59,817 nucleotides of DNA from Pseudovirgaria hyperparasitica (taxonomy: Eukaryota), in assembly GCA_010093815.1 (NCBI GenBank), contig ML996586.1; one strand, 5' to 3'. Positions 51,483 through 59,817 of this stretch are shown in pieces. The notes below the pieces were generated by a model. It was not told where the DNA came from, searched no databases, and worked only from the letters and a program-made list of their open reading frames with translations. How positions within the stretch are numbered: position 1 is the stretch's first letter; each line of letters opens with the position of its first letter. The translations under genes were made by a program, and so were the position numbers.

Positions 51483-52335
51483 TATAGTAGGCTTCTAAAT
51501 ATACCGTTTATATCGCCTACGCGGAAAACCACCCAATCTAGTCCTAAGCCTAGTGCCTATTTAATAGCCTACTATAATACCTAGTCTAAACTATCCTTAC
51601 GAAGGATTATATTACTCGACTTACTCGGTAGAATCGGGTACTCTAGGTAGACGCGACCATGCCTATAACCGTCTACGTCCCCTAGTATATCTATAGACGA
51701 GCTAATAAATTCTAATAGTTTATTTATACTAAGACCTACTATATCGCGTATTTTTATAGCCTTAATATTTAACGGCGTTATACTATTCTATATAGCCGTT
51801 ATTAGTACTAGGGTAACCCGAGTACGATCGCGGATAAGGACTATAGATATACGTATATAACACGGCGGCACGGCTACCTTAGAAGATGTAGATACTAGTA
51901 GTCCGACGGTCGAATAACTAGGTTAGCTAGATATATTAGGCGGGTTCGTAGGGTATATATAATATTATAATAGCTTATCTAGCCCGGGGCATCGTTTTAA
52001 CATATATAATGGTATTTAGCTAACCGCCGCTAGTTACGCGTAAATACTAAGAATATAGTATTAAGTTAATATATAGCATCTACCCGTGAAATAGTATAAC
52101 TACCGTTAATAAATATACATTTATCCGCGACCGTCTATAGGCAACGCTCTCGTTTTATATGGTGGTCCTTTACTTCCTTACTACGTAGGTTTAGTAATAG
52201 GCTAGTAAATTCCTCCTAAATTAACTCTTCCATGTGTACCCGAAGTTTCTACCTGTTAGACGCTCTAAATATATAAAGTAGGTCGAGACTCGCTTCTACT
52301 CGGCTATTTATTCGCGGCTAGCCGGACGTAGCTAT
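51483..52335 (-). pseudogene. RIP-inactivated small gene of unknown function
   Basis: Protein-like frames (KLRVHMEELI.EEF...RERCL.TVADKC; GRVYLEYP...LDWVVFRVGD) that need one intron to join. Confidence 0.35.
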
Positions 52336-53315
52336 AGATAGACGGAATAGAGAATAGTATATATTACTAGGGTGATGGAGAGACGAGATATATATACTAT
52401 ATAATAGGTATAGATATAACACGTACGTTACGGCTACATTAACGCGAGTAGTCTATATAGTTATCGGTAATAACTCGTTAATTTAATAGAGGCGGGGAAA
52501 CATACGGCCGGCATCCGATCCCGCACTAATATAGGGCACGTGAAATAACGACGTTAAATATATAATACTCTATACACAACGTTAAGTTTACCGGGCGATA
52601 GCCCTACTCCGGTAATACCGTCTATATACGATAAAAGAGTAGTATAGTATATAGGTATAATAGGATAGTAGGCCGTCTTTACGACTACATGGATCTACCG
52701 CTAAAGAGAAATACTATAAGATCTAGTATATACTATTATAAACATACTATTATCTATTATATTTAGGCATGCTAACTCGGCGTACGCGAAATATAGATAA
52801 CCGCTAACCCGTCGTGGTTCGCTATTATTCGAAGCCTAACGAGTAGAACCGAGGAATAAATAGTAGAAATAGTTAGATATAAGAGTTTTTAGCGATTAGG
52901 GGATGGTCTAGGTAGCTCGAGGGAAGGATAGAGGACCTCCGCAAAGCATGTGCTTATGTAATATTAATATGCGAATATTTAAGAGAAGTATGTAATGCTA
53001 ACTATTATCTCTATAATAGGTCGTTATCGATTAGTACTATTATTAAGAAGAGATAGACGAGCGTAATGATAAATAATCGTAGTAGCGAACCCTTATATTA
53101 AACACGAATAATACAACGCATTAGTATGGTATATTTATCTATTATAAGAACGTACATCTAGTTACCGTAGTTTCTAACGGTCTATATAAGAACGTATATA
53201 TTAATAATATAGTAATATAAGTCTAACTATACTTATAAGGCCAGGGAAAGAATAAAGGAAGAGGAGGAGAAACATTAGGAGGAGGAGATACTTAAGGAAG
53301 ACGTTTCCCTAGTAA

Positions 53316-53449
53316 GAGCGTTATATACCCGGTATATACTTATTTATACTTATTTACATAGACTCGTTATATACCCGGCACTTATTCATTAATAGACTCG
53401 TTACGTACCTAATACTTACTTAACCATAGACTCGTTATATGCCCGGCAT
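53316..53449. repeat. 34-bp tandem repeat, 3-4 copies
   Basis: gactcgttatatacccggcacttattcattaata-like units. Confidence 0.75.
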
Positions 53450-53894
53450 CTAACGAGATATAAACGCGAATAATAAAAACATTAGAATCGGGTACGAGCT
53501 AGGTCTAGTAGGCCTAGAGATATAGTTCGGATTTTAGGGTATTAATATATATAATCTATCTATATTAGGTTAAGACTATCCGTATCTAGTTCTACCCGTG
53601 AACGAGGATCCTTTAAGTTCTATATGCCCCTTTTAGAGGCGTGGAGTTTTTATACTAGCTAGTAATTATTAGATAATAAGGAGGTGCATCCCTAGATACT
53701 CCTTAGCTAAAATTATAGATAGTTATTAAATATAAGCCTTTTATAGAACTAATCGTAATAAACCACGATTATTCCTTAGAGATATCCTAGTATAGGATAT
53801 AACTATCGAGTGCTACTATGTATAAACCATAACTTCCGGTATATACTAGTATATACCGGCATACTACGGTAGACGGCGGTAGATAGTGATAGAC

Positions 53895-56800
53895 TTACGA
53901 CACGCGCCCGTGTTTTAACACTACGGTTACGTTTCGTCTATTTATAGCCTAGAAGTCTAGATTATATACCTCGTTATAGATCCCCTAATTACTATACGTG
54001 TTTAACTAGAATAAACTATCTATAACTAACTAATATAATATAATCTATATAGGGCGTAGGACATGCTCTAGCTCGTAGACACGGAACCTATCCATTATAC
54101 GAGTCTTATTACTAGACCTTTAACCCGCTATACGTAATAGTATAAGGCTACTAATAGTATTAACATTACCTCTACCTAAGTTATTAAGTAGTTTAACTAA
54201 CGCATCTAGGAATCGCGCCGCTATACTACTAGTTATATTAATACTCTCTATATTATATACCTCTAGAAACATACGGACTTTACTAACCCGCTTCCCATTA
54301 AGGTGGTTACTACCCTTATTAAACTCCTATACTATTATATAATCCTCCCTAGCCTTACTACTCTTTTACTAGTTACGGGCATACCTTACCCGAATTAGAT
54401 TAAAGGCCTCTATAGATATATCTCTATCTAGTTATATCGGTACGTATATAGTCTTATATATATAGATAGGAAGGACCCGTGCCTACGAAGGGTCCTTTTT
54501 AATACGTTCGATATTCGTACCTTTTAATATATTATCCCCGATAAGCCGATTACGATAGTTACGTATAAAGGGTATAACCGTATTAAGTAATATAAAACTA
54601 CTACTATACACGTTATAGAGGTCGCCGACGGTAGTCTAGTAGGACGTAGATAGTCCATGGCTCTATAAGACGTAGAGTGTATATTCACTCCGGCGTGGCT
54701 CCTTTAGAATACACCGCTAGCCGACTAGCTTACGTGTATTATCGAGCTACTCTAGGCTAGGGGCTACTAATATACTAGTACTAGCCGCCACCTCTATACT
54801 ACTAGAGATTTTAGTATTTATCGTACGTATATCTACTACTAGTATCTACTATAGAAACGTCTCCCTCTTATTTAAACCTTAATATAATTCCTTTACTACG
54901 ATATAAGATCGCTCTAGTAGCTCTACTAATATTAGATATAACGAACTATGGTATTTAATAGCATTAACTAGGTACGATAATGCATGGAACTTCGGAAAGT
55001 TAAAATGATTATCCTCCGATTTATCTCTATAATATAGTATAAACTAGTATTTCAGGTCGTCTAAGCGTAATATAGCCTCTTCTAAGTATACTAGTGTCTA
55101 CGTATTATGCGTATAGTACGCCGCTAACATATATATATTAATAACCGCCCGTACTACGCTTAGGAAGTATTAATTATAACATAGGAGCGGTTTAAAGGCG
55201 ACTATAAACACTACTAGTATACGCTTAAATATCGCCCCCGTCTATTATATTACTAAAGTTATACACGTGAGTGGGTTATAACGACCGAATGCCCTAATAG
55301 ACGCGAATCGCTTATCGATCACCTTCTTTACTCGTTCTATAGGGGGTATACCGGTAAATATACCCTTTAACTTATATCCTATACACTCTTAATTAATAAC
55401 ATACGAGACTATCCAATTAAACGTATGTTCTAATATACCCTTATATAGTTAATATAGAATATCCGGAGCGACCGCGCGGTATATATTAACTCTAGTAAGT
55501 AACTAGGCAAAATTATCTAATGGCTCTATCCATCTACTAGAATACCGACTCTTAACCGATTAGCGAATATAATAGCCCTATGCTACTAGCGCGAAAGACG
55601 TTAACGAAAACGATAAGATACTAGGTATACTCGTCCTATTATCTATCTTACTACTAGTATACTCGCTACTGTAGCTATTAGTTATTAACTCGCGACGTAC
55701 ACGGTAAACCTATTTCTATAATAACGAGTGTATACGGAACTCCTATATACTAGTAATAGCTTCTCGTAGATACTATCGTCTGTTACTAGGGACTATATAT
55801 ATTAGACATGTATACTAATGGGATACACCCGTGATAAGCACCTACTCCGGAAAATCTATAATATATAAAGCTAAACGCGGATAGTACTTACGCAAGCCGC
55901 CATCGGCATATAATACTAATACTCTAGTACTCTATATAGCCTATAACACTATATAATAATTAGTATAGTTAACGACTCTATCATGGGCGGATATACGGGC
56001 TAGAACTTTACTTATAACCTAATAGAATATAAAGCGATTCGCTACCGTTTCTAGCTTAACTACTAGTAATAGAGTAAGTAGTAGAAATAATAGTAGACTC
56101 CTAGATAAGCGGACGTTTAGTGGCAGATTATAAATAGATAGGTAGACTAGCTATACTACTCTATTACTACTATGGTTAGTAAGGTTTATCTTATCCGAAG
56201 ATAAAATAATAGGGATAATAACGGTACTATCCGGAATAGTAGCGTGTATATCCTACTAACCATCTACTATATAGACTTTACTATATACCCGGTCGCCTAA
56301 ACTAGTAAATTATCGTACTAGCTTAAACACGAGCTTACTAGTAAACGGTCGGTATCTAAGGAGGAATTCCACTAACGTAAGCGGATCTCTATACTAGTAT
56401 TTAACTATAGTAGTACTAAATATATTATAGCTACGCTACTAACTTTTATACGGTATCCCTTTAGGGTAGTATAATAACTACTTACGTACGATATTAGATT
56501 TTAGTATAAAAAGGTCGGGGGGTATAGCGGAAGTCTATTTAAGGATAGTAGTTAATTCATCGTATACTATATTCGAAATACCGAACCGATTCATCTATAT
56601 TATAAGGCGCTCTATAAACTTACTATTGAATTAACCGAATCGGGCCTACTAAATTAGTTACTACTATAAACCTAGACTATATACACTCACGTCGGACGGA
56701 TTATCACGTCTACTCTAGTCCACTATAATATATATACCACTCTCCTCTTCGAACGTTTTTATTAAATATATAGTACTAGACGCCCTCGTCGCCATGGATA

Positions 56801-57750
56801 TAGCATTTCTACTATATATATTAGACTAATATACTAAATCGGCACCATGGCTACTAGTAACGCCGTCTATAGATTCCAGGTCTAAAATAGAATTAGAGAA
56901 AATAGTAGTATCTTTACATAGGGTAATATTAGTAGTAGAAGTACCCAATTCTATAGGCTCGGACTCCTAATTAACGCTTGACGGCTAAACACTAATAGAG
57001 CGAACTAAAGAGTTCTATCGACTAATATAACTACGAGTACTAAAGCCGCGCCGTAACCCGGTCGATGGTAGTAGCCACGGGCCTAATGGTTATAATAATA
57101 ATAGCGATACGGCAAGCCGTGCTCGTCTATACGGTTCCAAGTTATAGTACCTACAGATTATATAGTATATACTACTAATCTTTCTACTATAGTATTAGTA
57201 AGAGACTACGGCCCGTAGCATCTCGAGGTATAGTTACTATAAAGGAAAAATACCATAGTATAATTATTAGTAGATAGTAATGATATAGTATACGGTGGAT
57301 ATTCTAGGCGTATACTAGAAGAAGTTAGGTGTAAGCCCGTCGAAAGCCCGATATATATCTACTAACCCCCGACTTCTACCTAGCTCTTAGCCCCTTAATT
57401 TCTATACACGCTTACTTAAAATTATTAATAATAACGCGTAAGCATCACGCGTCTATAAAAACACTATATTAGTCTACGCCTAAACCTTTATCGTGTCTAC
57501 TAGCTAGTTATTATCCCGCTATCTAATATTATTACCTAGTAGGTTACCGACCCATTACTAATGAAAATATCTACTAATCTCTTATATATCTTCTCTATAG
57601 GACCTCTAATACAGAAGACGGTTAAGGGACTATCTAGCTACCGTGGCGGTAACACTAATAGAAGATAATCTAGTAACTATAGTAAACTAAACGGGATAGG
57701 TAAACGAAGATGCGATATAACGTAGACACGTGTTAGCATTAATAATAGGG
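53895..57750 (-). pseudogene. RIP-inactivated Plavaka-family transposase (core 53895-56650; start uncertain, 56790-57750)
   Basis: In one frame: IIPIILSSDKTNLTNHSG (~56170-56219), CADGGLRKCYPRLALYIADFPEQVLIT...CP.C.VP (~55790-55915), VAPDILHQLYKG (~55440-55470), HFNFPKFHALSH...IKYHGS...E..ERSH (~54900-55010), WLNTYSDW.IYNEVY (~53965-54010). Confidence 0.85.
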
Positions 57751-58150
57751 ACTTATATAATAGCTATCGACATAAAAAACGTATATATATACACCTAGCT
57801 TATCTCGACGCGTTCGTTTATCTACTAATAACCTAGTAGTCTAGGTATACCGGCAGCGAATATGGTAGTAACGCCCTATATAGCTTAGACGTCACGGTAA
57901 CATCCTACCGTAATAGTAACCGGGGATACAACGGCCTTACGTCCTCTCCTCCACTATATTAGCTATCTAGCTTAATAGAAGAAGGTAGAGAAATAGTAGT
58001 AGAGAGGGAACCAACTATCCGTGAAAAGAGGCGGTCCTATAGAGATAGTCTCTAGCCTTACGAACGAGACTAGTACCTTACGATAATAGAGATTTTAATT
58101 ACTATAACGTTTTTAGGCCGGTTACTACCGGTATTTAATCGCCTTAATAT

Positions 58151-59400
58151 ATGGCTAGATAGTAGCCTAGATAGTTTTAGGATACTAGTATAATCGGCCT
58201 AGACAGCCGCCGGAGATATTAATCTTAGTAGCTACTATCTTAATTATAATTTATAAAACACACCTCCCGCCTATATTATTACGCTAGTAAAGGAAGATAT
58301 AATAGACTTCCGTTACTAACTCCTCTCTAGAGTTAGATAGATAGTATCCGAATACTAGGACTAGGAGATAGCCGAGAAGAGAAAAGCTAGTATAAGTAAC
58401 CTAATACGTAATAACGCGTATATAGGAGTAAAGGTATATTACTTACGTCGTATTAGACGTGTTACTAATTATTAGTATAATACTAGCGTAACTCGGAAAA
58501 TGTTTATAGGGCTAGTAGTAATTAAGGCTCTAAAGTTAGTTCTACTATAGTCCCTAAGATTTCTTAGATTAAAGGAGCACTATAGTAGTATATTCCGACC
58601 GATCCCACCATCCACGATTACCATTATATATATTATAATAAGGCATGCCCTTAACGAATATAGTAGCGGGCGGGCGCCGAACTCGTCCTTCGGTCGCTAT
58701 AGATTCGCACGCTCTCTACTAATACTAGGTATATATATATACCTTTATCTAATTGCGTGCTAAATTATATAGAGGAATAGCGAGCGCTAAGCCTAACATA
58801 GTCGAACTAGGCGCCCTACCGCATCAACTACATTTAAAAATCGCTAATAGTATTAGTATTTATAGTACTAACACTAATTAACCCGGATACTATATATATA
58901 AACCCATATAAAGATAACCTAGATAACTTCTCTAAAGTAGATGTAGATAACTTAGACGAGAGTGAGGAGTCTAAGCTATCGGGTAATATAAGTATATACT
59001 AAAGTTATAGAGGCTATATAGATACTAACTACTACGAAAAGAATAAGTCGGATACTCTAAACCAGTTGGATAAGTACCTCGAATTATCTCATGCGCCATT
59101 AGATATAGGTAAGAGTTCTATACCACTAGTAGTGGCTACGGATAAGATTATACCATCTCGGGTATTAAGTATAGACCCACTCTAAGTAACCGCGGAAATA
59201 GTAAATGATAGTATATATACGTATAGTATAAATAAGTCTATTACTAACTTATTATCCCTAGTTATAGCTACCTTAACTAGTAGTCTATCTACCCCGACCG
59301 ATACTTAAATTAAAATGAAGTTAGATGGTGGCGGACGTTTAAGTCGGGTCTTTAACCTATATATAAAGAGTATATACTTTTAAGAGAAGTCGGATATTAG
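58151..59400 (+). pseudogene. RIP-inactivated DUF6532-like gene with introns, divergent from the transposase
   Basis: De-RIPed F.GPAVIKALK.VLL.SP..LG..E.Y..MFRPIPPSTIAIVC.VVRHALDEYSSG (58504-58670) resembles the DUF6532 consensus from memory; intron-like segments ~58434-58475 and ~58729-58772; ends approximate. Confidence 0.45.
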
Positions 59401-59817
59401 TATATAGCTAGGGAACTATATAGACTACCACGAGGCCGAATAGATAATATAAGAGAGAATAAAAATAGTAACTAGAAATATAGAGGGAAGTGTCTAGTGG
59501 GAGAAAAGGTTATTAAAGGTAGTTCTAGATAAGGACACCTTTTAATAGATAAAGGACACCACCTAAAGGTAGAAGAAAGGAAGGTCTACTATATTTCATT
59601 ATAGCTATATAGTCAGAGAGAGCTTAGAATAGTACCATTTAATTTAAGTTCCTAGTCTAATTAATTTTTAACCTCTACTCTCTATTATATACTATCTTTC
59701 TAGTATTAAATTTAAAGACTATAATTAAATATACTAAAGATATAATTTAGAATAATAAGATATATAGAGTTATAGAGATACTTTAGATAAAGATATTACT
59801 TTAGAAAAGAGACTTCT

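Larger units (their letters stand above)
40391..59600 (-). mobile_element. Putative giant Plavaka-type DNA transposon with helicase cargo (left part lost, right end approximate)
   Basis: Continuous RIP-mutated block of non-retroelement genes, including a Plavaka transposase. Uniform RIP implies the block was multi-copy. Termini not identified. Confidence 0.6.
24900..59817. other. AT-rich, RIP-mutated repeat block
   Basis: Abrupt drop in GC; CpA/TpG scarce, TpA abundant, CpG largely kept. Reading frames are interrupted by TAA/TAG exactly where CAA/CAG/TGG are expected. Confidence 0.95.

Noticed and set aside
53316..53449. CRISPR-like array
   Set aside because: Eukaryotic context, the variable parts are short and related to each other, and there are no cas genes.
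40391..59817. Starship element
   Set aside because: No DUF3435 tyrosine-recombinase captain motifs recognised in the window. It cannot be excluded that the block is cargo of a larger element extending outside.

Overview
Filamentous ascomycete genomic DNA (short GT-AG introns with CTRAC-type branch sites; RIP signature) in two compartments. (1) 1-~24,900 is GC-balanced and gene-rich. It holds an Mx/dynamin-like GTPase, a type I membrane protein, a class II-like heme peroxidase, a CMC1-like twin-CX9C gene, a 700-N gap, TAF9, an HSD10-like SDR, UTP11, a Uls1/Rad5-type SNF2-RING ATPase, a SCOC/Slo1-like coiled-coil gene and a kelch protein. (2) ~24,900-59,817 is AT-rich and mutated by repeat-induced point mutation (RIP; CpA/TpG depleted, TpA enriched). 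Reading through the RIP changes by eye shows a nest of Ty3/Gypsy elements (A > B > A'), a 601-bp miniature LTR element with a 5-bp TSD and an apparent self-priming PBS, and a near full-length Tad1-like LINE. It also shows a >=19 kb multi-gene block: a Plavaka-type transposase, a DUF6532-like gene, a Upf1-like SF1 helicase, an SNF2-type ATPase and several unknown ORFs. Because the whole block is RIP-mutated, it looks like a giant cargo-carrying Plavaka DNA transposon, the best candidate for an undescribed system here. All protein calls in the AT-rich half rest on manual reversal of RIP changes and need HMM confirmation.
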